Under the pieces are notes generated by a model. That model ran no database searches, had not been told where the DNA came from, and saw only the letters and a list, made by a program, of their open reading frames with translations. Made by a program: the position numbers and the translations under genes. Positions 1 to 9,420 of a DNA stretch of 58,371 nt are shown piece by piece. Numbering within the stretch: position 1 is the first letter of the stretch; each line of letters opens with the position of its first letter. The stretch lies in the NCBI GenBank assembly GCA_964395655.1, contig CAYNBB010000005.1, positions 1 through 58,371 of the forward strand, given 5' to 3'. This stretch comes from an uncultured Azospirillaceae bacterium. Lineage in GTDB: Bacteria > Pseudomonadota > Alphaproteobacteria > RF32 > CAG-239.

Positions 1-2
1 AC

Positions 3-623
3 TGCCCGTTTGACAAGACAAAGGCCTATTGCGTTGATGAAATTACCTGCGCCTCGCTCGGTTTTACCGACACAATCTCCGAATGTCCCGGCGAATACAC
101 GCTTTGTCCGTCGGATTCGACCAAAGGAAAATGTATCTTTGAGGCTTCCCCGGGTGATCTGAAATACTCTCTGCGTACTTCAAATCATAACGGCTGGTTG
201 CTGTGCAACGGTACTTCGTATAGCTCGTCTCAGTTCCCGGATCTTTATGCGGCTATCAGCGGTTCGTTCGGTGACCGACTGCCGAACTATACAGGTTATT
301 TCCTTAAAGGCGCCGCAACTTCTTCCGCTTCAACTTTCAAAACAGCCCAAGAGGCCGGTTTGCCCAATATCAGAGGCTACGGCCCCGGAATGGATGATAT
401 GACAGGTCCCAACAAAAACAGCAGTAGAATTACTCTAGGAGGAGCTTTTTACGTATATTCGACCTCTTTCGCTTATGACGCAGATTCAAAATCATCCGGC
501 GACGGCTGGAAGCTGGGGTTTGACGCCTCAAGATCCAACTCCATTTACGGAAAATCTTCAACCGTCACCCCGCAAAACTATTCCGCAAACGTCTTCATCT
601 ACGCCGGAAGAAAAAAGAACTGA
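3..623 (+). CDS. 5'-partial protein: Cys-rich repeats fused to a phage tail-collar domain and tail-fibre-like C-terminus
   Basis: Frame is open from base 3 (CPFDKTKAYCVDEITCASLGFTDTISECPGEYTLCPSDSTKGKC...) into the listed ORF. Collar signature PGDLKY..GWLLCNG....FPDLYAAI....LPNYTGYFLKG; fibre-type end AGLPNI..GAF..FDASRSNSIYG. Confidence 0.75.
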   Translation, partial: CPFDKTKAYCVDEITCASLGFTDTISECPGEYTLCPSDSTKGKCIFEASPGDLKYSLRTSNHNGWLLCNGTSYSSSQFPDLYAAISGSFGDRLPNYTGYFLKGAATSSASTFKTAQEAGLPNIRGYGPGMDDMTGPNKNSSRITLGGAFYVYSTSFAYDADSKSSGDGWKLGFDASRSNSIYGKSSTVTPQNYSANVFIYAGRKKN

Positions 624-627
624 TTGC

Positions 628-3600
628 CTACAGCAGCAGGCTTTGGATTTTGCCGACGTATTTGCGAATGGTTTCGACGCGGGTTTTATAAGAAGACAAG
701 TCTTTTTCGATAAAAAGTTTCTGATCGGGACGGATTTTCACGGCGCCGAACTGAGTGGCAACAAATTCTATAAGTTTATCGGGTTTGGCAAAAATATTAT
801 TACGCAGGCTTATTAAAATACCTTTGGCGCCGGCGTCAACCTTATCAATATTGGCAGCTTTGCACAGCAACTTTATCTCGACCGTGGCAAGCAGATTACC
901 CACTTCTTCGGGCAATGAACCGAAACGGTCAATCAACTCCTCGCGCATGTCGGCGATTTCCTCATTATTGGACAACTCGCCGATACGTTTGTACAACCCC
1001 AGCCGCACGCCCAAATCACGTACATATTTTTCGGGAATCATAATCGGAATGCCGGTTGTAATCTGCGGCGCCCAGTCTTCGGCCTGTTTTGCTTTGAGTT
1101 CATCCTGAGAACCGGCGCGCAGGCGCATGATTTCTTCTTCCAGCATGTGCTGATAAAGCGAGATACCGACTTCTTTGATATGTCCCGACTGTTCTTCTCC
1201 CAAAACATTGCCCGAACCGCGGATGTCCATATCATGGCTGGCCAGAGAAAAACCTGCGCCCAGCGTATCCAGCGCCTGCAAAATGCTCAGGCGGCGCTCG
1301 GCAATCGGTTTCAGCTGTTTTTTGGGCGGAACCGTAAAATAGCAATAACCGCGCAGTTTACCCCGGCCGACGCGCCCTTTGAGCTGATAAAGCTGCGCCA
1401 GGCCGAACATGTCGGAGCGATGCACGATCATGGTGTTGACGGTCGGCATGTCAATGCCCGATTCGATAATTGTGGTCGAGAGCAGCAAATCGGCCTTGCC
1501 CTCGGCAAAATCGGTCATGACGTCTTCAAGCTGTTTGACCGGCATCTGTCCATGGGCAACCAGAATTTTAACATCCGGCACCAGTGCGCGCAGTTCCCGC
1601 TCCAGTTCGGCGATATCCGACACCCGCGGACAGACGAAAAACGTCTGGCCGCCGCGGAATTTCTCGCGGTAAATTGCCTCTTTTATCATCACCTTGTCAA
1701 ACGGCATGACAAACGTGCGCGCCGCCAGCCGATCTACCGGCGGGGTGGCGATGATGCTCAGCTGTTTGACGCCGGTCAGCGACAGCTGCAAAGTACGCGG
1801 TATCGGCGTGGCAGTGAGCGTCAGAACATGAACGTCGGATTTGAGCTGCTTGAGTTTTTCTTTGTGCGCAACGCCGAAATGCTGCTCCTCGTCAACAATA
1901 ATCATGCCGAGATTGCAAAACTCAATGTCTTTGGACAACAGCGAATGCGTGCCGATGACAATTTCGACGGCGCCGTCTCTCAGTCCCTGCTTTACTTGCG
2001 TCGCCTCCTTAGGCGTCACCAGTCTGGAAAGCATCCTGACGCGTATGGGGAACCCCTCCAGCCGTTGCTTAAAGTTCAGATAATGCTGACGGGCGAGCAA
2101 CGTGGTCGGCACAATTACGGCCACCTGTGCGCCCGAAGCCGCCACGGCAAAAGCCGCCCGCAACGCCACCTCCGTCTTGCCGAAGCCGACGTCGCCGCAG
2201 ACTAACCTGTCCATGGGTATTGCCGCGTTCAAATCAGCCATGACGTCGGAAATCGCATTGAGCTGATCATCGGTTTCGTTATAGGGAAAACGCGAGCAGA
2301 AATCATCAAACAGCCCTTGCGGCGGCACAAAACAATCGGCTTTTTTCAATTGGCGTTCTGCTGCAATTTTAATAAGTTTTTCGGCAATATCCTTAATACG
2401 CTGTTTTACTTTTGCCTTTTTGGCCTGCCAGGCCGCGCCGCCCAGAGTATCGAGCTCGACGTTGTCGTCCTCAATGCCGTAGCGCGAAACGACGTCAATA
2501 TTCTCAACCGGCACAAACAGCTTGGCATCATTGGCATAAACAATTTTCAGACAATCGTGCGGCGCGCCGCCGGCCGTGATATTTTCAAGCCCCATAAAAC
2601 GGCCGATGCCATGCTCGACGTGCACCACAAGCTCGCCGACGTTCAAAGCCGAGATGTCGGCAATCAAATCTTTGGACGTGACTTTTTTGCCTTTGCGCTG
2701 CTGGCGGCGTTCGCCCAAAATATCGGCTTCGGCAATTACGATAAGATCTTCGGTCTTGAAACCGTGCGGCAACGGCATGACAATCATAACAATTTTTTTA
2801 TCGGCCTTTTCGAGAGCTTCCGCCCAACTTTCGGCAAAGCCGAGCCCCGGAATTTCGTATTCGGTCATCAGCCCGAGCAGACGCTCGCGAGAGCCTTCGG
2901 AATAACACGCGATAATGCGTCTGGTTTTGCCGTATTCGGCCAGATAATCCTTAAGTTCGGTATAAACTTTGGCAGCTCCGGCATTGTGCGCACTCGAAAA
3001 ATTACGCACCGGCAACGCACCGCAATTATGACTTTTGTCGGCTTCGGGCAGACTCAAATTCGTCAGCCGGACGGCACCGCGGCGCTCCAAAATCTCTTTC
3101 AGTTCAGTTTCGCGCAGATACAGAAGTTCCGGTTTTACCGGGCGATAAACGTCCGTTTCGGCGGCGGATTTGACTTGCAGTGCCTCCAGCCGCGCCTGAT
3201 AATAGTCGGCAACGCTTTCGCTCTTGGCATGCGCGGCTTCGTCAACACTTTTACCGACGACCAGACAAGCCGCGGGCAGATAATCAATCAGCGAAGGCAG
3301 CGGCACGTCATAGAAAAAAGGCAGCCAGTTTTCATAACCCAGATATTTTTTGCCGTTGGAAACAGCTTCGTAAATCTCGTCATCGTTAAACGCGGCTCCG
3401 AAAGCCTCGCGATAGGCAGAACGGAAATTCTTTATGGTGTTGGCGTCAAGAATAACCTCGTTGACAACCTGAAAAGTATAAGACTTTATCTCGCCGGTGG
3501 TACGCTGGCTGACGGCGTCGAACGTGCGGATGCGCTCAATTTCGTCATCAAACAAATCAATACGCAGCGGTTCAAGGCTGCCGACCGGAAAAATGTCGAT

Positions 3601-4101
3601 AATATCGCCGCGGACGGCGTATTCGCCCTGCTCTATTACCTGCTCGACACGGGTATAGCCGTTGACGGAGACATAATGCAAAAAATCGTTAAAATTCAGT
3701 CTGCCGCCAACCCTAACTTCACGCGAAGAATTAAGAAAAATTTTTGCCGGCGGAAGTTTTTGCAACACGGCACCGACGCTGGTGACAATTACACGCGGCT
3801 TTTTAGATTCAGGCTTCAATGCCAGTTTGGAAAGCGTTTCCACCCGTTCGCTCATAATCGCGCTGCCCGGCGAGACCCGGTCATACGGGACGGTATCCCA
3901 TGCCGGAAAACGCAGCACCTCGACCTCTGGATACATATATTGTAAAACCGCCGCCGCACGCGCCAGTTCGCCGCCGTCGCTGACAATGTAGACAATATCG
4001 CGCGAGGATGAGAGTGCAAACTGCCCTACCAAGAAGGAATCATATCCTCCGGGTACCGAAGAGAGCGTACAGCCGCCCAAATGTTTAATATCGTGTGGCA
4101 T
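628..4101 (-). CDS. mfd: Transcription-repair coupling factor
   Basis: 1157 aa; UvrB-like N-terminus, VHVEHGIGRF (RID), GDVGFGKT, DEEQHFG, TATPIPRTL, QLKGRVGR, TRCF C-terminus. Confidence 0.98.
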   Translation of the reverse strand: MPHDIKHLGGCTLSSVPGGYDSFLVGQFALSSSRDIVYIVSDGGELARAAAVLQYMYPEVEVLRFPAWDTVPYDRVSPGSAIMSERVETLSKLALKPESKKPRVIVTSVGAVLQKLPPAKIFLNSSREVRVGGRLNFNDFLHYVSVNGYTRVEQVIEQGEYAVRGDIIDIFPVGSLEPLRIDLFDDEIERIRTFDAVSQRTTGEIKSYTFQVVNEVILDANTIKNFRSAYREAFGAAFNDDEIYEAVSNGKKYLGYENWLPFFYDVPLPSLIDYLPAACLVVGKSVDEAAHAKSESVADYYQARLEALQVKSAAETDVYRPVKPELLYLRETELKEILERRGAVRLTNLSLPEADKSHNCGALPVRNFSSAHNAGAAKVYTELKDYLAEYGKTRRIIACYSEGSRERLLGLMTEYEIPGLGFAESWAEALEKADKKIVMIVMPLPHGFKTEDLIVIAEADILGERRQQRKGKKVTSKDLIADISALNVGELVVHVEHGIGRFMGLENITAGGAPHDCLKIVYANDAKLFVPVENIDVVSRYGIEDDNVELDTLGGAAWQAKKAKVKQRIKDIAEKLIKIAAERQLKKADCFVPPQGLFDDFCSRFPYNETDDQLNAISDVMADLNAAIPMDRLVCGDVGFGKTEVALRAAFAVAASGAQVAVIVPTTLLARQHYLNFKQRLEGFPIRVRMLSRLVTPKEATQVKQGLRDGAVEIVIGTHSLLSKDIEFCNLGMIIVDEEQHFGVAHKEKLKQLKSDVHVLTLTATPIPRTLQLSLTGVKQLSIIATPPVDRLAARTFVMPFDKVMIKEAIYREKFRGGQTFFVCPRVSDIAELERELRALVPDVKILVAHGQMPVKQLEDVMTDFAEGKADLLLSTTIIESGIDMPTVNTMIVHRSDMFGLAQLYQLKGRVGRGKLRGYCYFTVPPKKQLKPIAERRLSILQALDTLGAGFSLASHDMDIRGSGNVLGEEQSGHIKEVGISLYQHMLEEEIMRLRAGSQDELKAKQAEDWAPQITTGIPIMIPEKYVRDLGVRLGLYKRIGELSNNEEIADMREELIDRFGSLPEEVGNLLATVEIKLLCKAANIDKVDAGAKGILISLRNNIFAKPDKLIEFVATQFGAVKIRPDQKLFIEKDLSSYKTRVETIRKYVGKIQSLLL

Positions 4102-4180
4102 TTGTCATTCTGCTATTTACTTATTGCTCCAAAATATATACAATCGGCATATTAAGGCAACTGTTTTTTTTGAGGAATTT

Positions 4181-6262
4181 ATGCGTCCGGAAATTTTATA
4201 TCCCCTGTTTGCGAGCGTCGGCAGCCTGACCGGCGTCGGCGAAAAGGCGCACAAATTTCTGAACACGCTGCTCGGCGGCGACAAAATCGTCAATTTGCTG
4301 TGGCACCTGCCCTCGGGAATTGTCGACCGCACTTACAGTCCCAAACTTAACGCTGCCGCCGCAGGTCGAATCTGCACGCTCAAAGTCCGCGTTGTCGAAC
4401 ATATTGCTCCGAAAACCAACCGCCAGCCTTACCGCGTAATTGCCGAAGACGACACCGAACAGCTTGAACTGATCTTTTTCAAAGTCTATGCCGATTCAAT
4501 AAACAAAAATCTGCCGGTCGGCGCAACGCGAATCATCAGCGGCAAACTGGAAAGTTTTAACGGACGCCGGCAGATGACGCATCCTGATTTTATTCTGAAG
4601 CCGGAACAATTTACCGAGGATATGAAAAAAGAAACGGTCTATCCGCTGACGGCAGGCATTACCGGCAAGATGATTCGCAAATTCGCGGCGCAGGCTCTGG
4701 CGCGGGTGCCGCAGCTTCCGGAGTGGATTGACGCCGAGTTTCTGCGCCGGCAAAACTGGAAAGGCTTTAAAGACGCGTTGACAGCCGTTCATCATCCCCG
4801 ATACGAAGCAGATCTTGAACCCCGGAGCAGCGAACGTTCGCGTCTGGCTTATGACGAACTGCTGGCCAATCAGCTGGCTCTCGCAATTGTCCGCCGGAAA
4901 GTCAGAAGACAGCCCGGACGCGAGATCCGAGGCAACGGCATGCTACGCAAAAAAGTTCTTGAGGCGCTGCCCTTTGCGCTTACCCCGGCTCAGCAGAAAG
5001 TTTTGGAAGAAATATACGCCGATCAGGCCGCAAAATTCAGAATGCTTCGGTTATTGCAGGGAGACGTCGGAAGCGGCAAAACAATCGTGGCGCTGATGTC
5101 CATGCTTAACGCCGTCGAATGCGGCGCACAAGCTGCAATCATGGCGCCGACCGAAATTCTGGCCAAACAACATCTGGAAACCATTGCGCCGCTGCTCGAA
5201 AATGTCGGCCTGCGCGCGGAGCTTTTGACCGGCCGTATTAAAGGCAAAGCACGCGCCAAAATCCTCGAAGACCTGGAAGCGGGAAAAATCGACATTCTGA
5301 TCGGCACGCACGCTTTGTTTCAGGAAAACGTCATCTTCAAAGACCTGGCCTTTGTCGTGGTAGACGAACAGCACAGGTTCGGCGTGCACCAACGGTTGAG
5401 CCTGTCGGAAAAAGGCAATCAGGCCGACATTCTGGTAATGACGGCGACGCCGATTCCGCGGACGCTGGTTCTGACCGCTTACGGCGACATGGAATATTCG
5501 AAAATAGACCAGCTGCCCGAAGGACGGCAGCCGACCGACACCCGCGTGCTGCCGATTGACAAACTTTCCGAAGTCGTTGCCGGACTGAAGCGCAAGCTGG
5601 ACGGCGGCGCCCGCGCCTATTGGGTATGCCCGCTGGTTGAAGAATCCGAAAAACTCGATCTGGCCGCCGCCGAAGAACGCTTCGCTTCCCTGCAAAAGAT
5701 TTTTGGCGGCAAAGTCGGACTGGTACACGGCAAAATGAAAGAAAAAGACAAAGACGCGGTCATGGAGCGTTTTAAGAAAGGCGAAATCTCGCTTCTGGTG
5801 GCAACGACGGTAATTGAAGTCGGCGTAAACGTTCCGGAGGCGACAATTATGGTTATCGAACATGCCGAACGTTTCGGACTGGCTCAGCTGCACCAGCTGC
5901 GAGGGCGCATCAAACGCGGCTGCGACGCTTCGACCTGCCTGCTCATGTATGCCACCCCTTTGAGCGAAACAGGCAAAGAACGCCTCAACATCATGAAACA
6001 CAGCGAAGATGGCTTTGAAATTGCCGAAAAAGACCTTGAACTGCGCGGCGGCGGCGAAATTCTCGGCTCCCGACAAAGCGGATTTACGATGTTCCGGATT
6101 GCCGACATGAACGCACACAAAAACCTGCTGCATATTGCCAACCAAGACGCAAAAATGATTACGGAAACCGATCCGGAGCTCAAAAGCGAACGCGGAAAGG
6201 CGTTGCGCACACTCTTGTACCTGTTTGAAAAGGATGACAACGTCAAAACTTACAAAGCTTAA
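4181..6262 (+). CDS. recG: ATP-dependent DNA helicase RecG
   Basis: GDVGSGKT, DEQHRFG, TATPIPRTL, DLELRGGGEILG; start MRPEIL at 4181 after a GAGG SD. Confidence 0.97.
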   Translation: MRPEILYPLFASVGSLTGVGEKAHKFLNTLLGGDKIVNLLWHLPSGIVDRTYSPKLNAAAAGRICTLKVRVVEHIAPKTNRQPYRVIAEDDTEQLELIFFKVYADSINKNLPVGATRIISGKLESFNGRRQMTHPDFILKPEQFTEDMKKETVYPLTAGITGKMIRKFAAQALARVPQLPEWIDAEFLRRQNWKGFKDALTAVHHPRYEADLEPRSSERSRLAYDELLANQLALAIVRRKVRRQPGREIRGNGMLRKKVLEALPFALTPAQQKVLEEIYADQAAKFRMLRLLQGDVGSGKTIVALMSMLNAVECGAQAAIMAPTEILAKQHLETIAPLLENVGLRAELLTGRIKGKARAKILEDLEAGKIDILIGTHALFQENVIFKDLAFVVVDEQHRFGVHQRLSLSEKGNQADILVMTATPIPRTLVLTAYGDMEYSKIDQLPEGRQPTDTRVLPIDKLSEVVAGLKRKLDGGARAYWVCPLVEESEKLDLAAAEERFASLQKIFGGKVGLVHGKMKEKDKDAVMERFKKGEISLLVATTVIEVGVNVPEATIMVIEHAERFGLAQLHQLRGRIKRGCDASTCLLMYATPLSETGKERLNIMKHSEDGFEIAEKDLELRGGGEILGSRQSGFTMFRIADMNAHKNLLHIANQDAKMITETDPELKSERGKALRTLLYLFEKDDNVKTYKA

Positions 6263-6271
6263 ATTTTATTC

Positions 6272-6296
6272 TTGACTTATACCCCTACAGGGTATA
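6272..6296 (+). promoter_or_regulatory. TTGACT -35-like hexamer followed by a CsoR/RcnR-type operator palindrome
   Basis: TATACCC-CTACA-GGGTATA (6278-6296) about 40 bp upstream of a metal-efflux gene. Confidence 0.6.
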
Positions 6297-6335
6297 TCCG
6301 ACATCAGAACAGGATATGTTATGAAAGGAAACAAA

Positions 6336-7262
6336 ATGTCTGAGCATCATCATGAACACGAAGCCGCACACGAGCATGGACACGGAATCGGCCATCATCA
6401 TCACGGCGAAGTCAGCGAAAAAACCGTCAAATATCTGTTTGTCTCCTTTCTTATCAACATGGTTCTTTCGGCAGTGGAAATCATCGGCGGCATTATTGCG
6501 GGCAGCGTCTCGTTAATCGGCGACGCCCTGCACAACACCTCGGACGCGTTTTCAATCCTGATTGCGGTTATCGCCTTTAAGATCGGACGCAAAAAGGCCG
6601 ACCGCAAGTATACCTACGGATTTAAGCGCGCGGAAATCATCGGCGGCTTTGTCAACCTGATTTTGCTGTTTATATCGGGCATTTATCTGATTATAGAAGG
6701 AACAGGCCGGCTGATTGCCCCCGAACCGATTGAAGGCGGCATCATCGTCTGGGTTTCGGTTCTGGCGCTTGTTATCGATGCCGCGACGGCCAAACTCTCG
6801 CACCGCGGTTCTGCCCACAACACCAACATGAGGATGGTTTTTCTGCACAATCTGGCTGATGCGCTCGGTTCGGTCGGCGTTATCGTGTCCGGACTGTTTG
6901 TCATCTGGTTCAATATTTATCGGGTGGACGGGCTTGTTGCCCTGCTGATTGCCGCTTACATGATTTATCAATCGGTGCTGTCGTTCCCGAAAGTTGTCAA
7001 TATCCTGATGAATGCGGCGCCGGACAATCTGGATACCCGAAAAATCATTGCCGCTTTGGAAAAAATCGACGGCATCCGCAATGTACATCATGTGCATATC
7101 TGGTGCGTCAACGAAAACGACATCGCGCTTGAATGCCATATTGAAGCCGAAGACATGAATCTGGCGCGCAAAGCCTCCGAACTGCTGCATGACAAATTCG
7201 GCATCGAGCATTGCAATATTCAGGTCGAACAAAACTGCGACTGCGAGAAATGCAGACTTTAG
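6336..7262 (+). CDS. Cation diffusion facilitator (CzcD/ZitB-like metal exporter)
   Basis: His-rich N-terminus, SLIGDALHNTSD, TYGFKRAE, HNLAD, VHHVHIW; alternative start 6321. Confidence 0.93.
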   Translation: MSEHHHEHEAAHEHGHGIGHHHHGEVSEKTVKYLFVSFLINMVLSAVEIIGGIIAGSVSLIGDALHNTSDAFSILIAVIAFKIGRKKADRKYTYGFKRAEIIGGFVNLILLFISGIYLIIEGTGRLIAPEPIEGGIIVWVSVLALVIDAATAKLSHRGSAHNTNMRMVFLHNLADALGSVGVIVSGLFVIWFNIYRVDGLVALLIAAYMIYQSVLSFPKVVNILMNAAPDNLDTRKIIAALEKIDGIRNVHHVHIWCVNENDIALECHIEAEDMNLARKASELLHDKFGIEHCNIQVEQNCDCEKCRL

Positions 7263-8026
7263 CCGAACAGCGTCAGAACGATGCCGATTGAAAGCGGAAT
7301 TGCCAGATTATCATCAAGCTCAAGCCGACTTTCATAAAGTTCAGCCACTGTCGCGACGATGCAGGCGAGCACGCTGACATACGTAAAATGATAAATCGGC
7401 TCAAACAGCATATTGACAACCAAGGCGCTGAAAAAAAACGCGCAGGTGCCTTCCAGAGATTTACACTTATATATTTTGCGCCCGCCGAAAGCCTTGCCGA
7501 CCAAAGCGGCCATCGTGTCGGACACCAGCATGACGGTCAGCGCAATCACGGAAACAGGTTTGGCAAAAAAGAGGCTGCATATCAGTGCCGCAGAAAAGAC
7601 ATAAACTCCGCCGCTGGGTACAAAATGAAGATGGCTGCGCTCAATGCCGCGCAGACTCTTGCCGAAAAGAATCCCAAACGAAACACGCGCCCATTTCCGG
7701 CGCCGGAAATTGCCGTATTCGATTAAGACATCACCCGTCAAGAACGCAAAAAGCACCAGTTGCGAAACCAGGCTCGGGGCAAAATAAATCAGCATCGGAA
7801 TCCACAACGAACTCAGGTGTATAATCTTGCGGAAAATTTCCTGCCGATAGGATTTGGACATGCCGGCGCCGTATTCGCTTATCTTTTCGACGATTTTTTC
7901 TTTGTTTTTTATAAAACCGTTTACCGAACCAACCGCGGATACCGCCTGTCTTGTTCTCGGATACAAATTCTGCCTTATTTTGAAACTTTTTAAATCTGCC
8001 ATATCCGTTTTGTATTGCTCTTTCAA
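7259..8026 (-). CDS. CTP-dependent polyprenol/diacylglycerol kinase (SEC59/DGK1/VTE5 family)
   Basis: RKIIH, DTMAALVGKAFG, KSLEG, DDNLAIP; multiple TM segments; start uncertain. Confidence 0.85.
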   Translation of the reverse strand: MKEQYKTDMADLKSFKIRQNLYPRTRQAVSAVGSVNGFIKNKEKIVEKISEYGAGMSKSYRQEIFRKIIHLSSLWIPMLIYFAPSLVSQLVLFAFLTGDVLIEYGNFRRRKWARVSFGILFGKSLRGIERSHLHFVPSGGVYVFSAALICSLFFAKPVSVIALTVMLVSDTMAALVGKAFGGRKIYKCKSLEGTCAFFFSALVVNMLFEPIYHFTYVSVLACIVATVAELYESRLELDDNLAIPLSIGIVLTLFG

Positions 8027-8083
8027 TTTAAAATGTTATAGTGGCGCCGAATGTGTCATTACCGTTCCGACAAGGAGAAATAT

Positions 8084-8692
8084 ATGCTTTATAAATTTGA
8101 TTTTCAGCAGTTTGTCAGTGCTTTTTTCGTTTTGTTCGCCATTATTGATATTATCGGAACAATGCCGATTATCATTTCCATGAGGAAACGCGGCAAGAAA
8201 ATAAATCCGCTTAAAGCGGCTTTGCTCTCTTTCGCGATGTTTATGATTTTCCTGTATGTGGGCGAGGCTTTTCTGAAACTGTTTAACGTTGACATTTCGT
8301 CATTTGCCGTGGCCGGTTCGCTGATCATCTTCGTAATGGCGCTCGAAATGGTGCTGGACATTCATATCTTCAAAGACACCGACGAATCGCCCAAAGATTC
8401 CACCTTTTTCCCGATTGTGTTTCCGCTGATTGCCGGTGCCGGCGCGTTAACGACGCTGTTGTCTATCCGCTCGCAGTTCCACAGCATTAATATTATATTG
8501 GCCGTAGCCGCCAATATGTTCGTCGTCTACTGGGTTTTGCGCTTTGCCAAAAAAATCGAGGCAATCCTCGGCGCCGGCGTCATTTATATGATCCAAAAAT
8601 TCTTCGGCATTATTCTGCTGGCAATTTCGGTCAAGCTGTTTACCACCAACATGACCGTAATAATCGAAACGTTTATTCATCAGGCAGACTAG
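8084..8692 (+). CDS. MarC family membrane protein
   Basis: LFAIIDIIG, SFAVAG, FPIVFPLIAGAG, FFGIILLAI; AAGGAG SD before ATG 8084. Confidence 0.92.
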   Translation: MLYKFDFQQFVSAFFVLFAIIDIIGTMPIIISMRKRGKKINPLKAALLSFAMFMIFLYVGEAFLKLFNVDISSFAVAGSLIIFVMALEMVLDIHIFKDTDESPKDSTFFPIVFPLIAGAGALTTLLSIRSQFHSINIILAVAANMFVVYWVLRFAKKIEAILGAGVIYMIQKFFGIILLAISVKLFTTNMTVIIETFIHQAD

Positions 8693-9393
8693 GCACCGGG
8701 AAACAATCCGTGCGAATTGAAACTGTATGCATCGCCCGGGCTGATAATTATATGATCAAGCAGTCTGACGCCGATGGTGGCGCAAGCCTCTTTTATCTGC
8801 TGCGTTATCTGAACATCGGCCTGAGACGGCGTGACGTCTCCCGAAGGATGATTGTGAACCATGATGATTGAAGCGGATTTATTGGCCAATGCGGCTTTGA
8901 CAACCTCGCGCGGATGTACCGAAACCATATTGATCGTGCCTTTCTGCATCAATTCCTGTTTCATGACATGCAATTTGCTGTTGAGGTAAATGATGTGCAG
9001 TTCCTCTACATCGGAAAAAGCCATGGTTGCGCGGCAATAATCAACCAAAGCGTCGGTTGTCAGCAAAACGGGAAGTTCGTTTTCGTGCAGTTTCTGCCAG
9101 GTTATCCGCTCAAGCGCGGCAACAATCATTCGAAAAACGGTATAGACGCTTTCCTTAACGCCGGGTATCTTAAACAACTCTTCCTTATCGGCATTGACAA
9201 CTTTTGCAAAGCTTCCGAATTTGCGAATCAGCGCCTTGGCAATCGGTTTGACGTCTCGCCGCGGAATAGCAAGGGTCAGAAGCAGTTCCAAGAGTTCGTA
9301 ATCAGCCATGTCTTTACCGCCGCCTGAAAGAAAACGCTCTCTCAAACGCCGCCGATGACCAAGATAATCCGGTTGAATGTTGGTATCAGTCAT
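8689..9393 (-). CDS. radC: RadC family JAB-domain protein
   Basis: GHRRRLRERF, DYELLELLL, VHPREV, HNHPSG....S.AD, LLDHIII. Confidence 0.95.
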   Translation of the reverse strand: MTDTNIQPDYLGHRRRLRERFLSGGGKDMADYELLELLLTLAIPRRDVKPIAKALIRKFGSFAKVVNADKEELFKIPGVKESVYTVFRMIVAALERITWQKLHENELPVLLTTDALVDYCRATMAFSDVEELHIIYLNSKLHVMKQELMQKGTINMVSVHPREVVKAALANKSASIIMVHNHPSGDVTPSQADVQITQQIKEACATIGVRLLDHIIISPGDAYSFNSHGLFPGA

Positions 9394-9420
9394 GTAGTCC
9401 CTTATAATAAGATGGATAAG

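Noticed and set aside
350-623. Fibre tip as a DGR variable region
   Set aside because: No template repeat or reverse transcriptase seen in the window
1147-3945. Long + strand ORFs (352 and 542 aa) inside mfd, and similar shadows at 5051-6145, 17058-18305, 20582-21694, 42583-43707 and 56388-57455
   Set aside because: Antisense to well-supported genes and without motifs; expected from codon bias
5890-5920. RecG motif VI reads RGRIKRG rather than RGRVGRG
   Set aside because: Key arginines and all other motifs are intact; not enough to infer altered function
8689-9393. radC as a mobile-element marker
   Set aside because: Full-length chromosomal type in the usual radC-map-sfsA string
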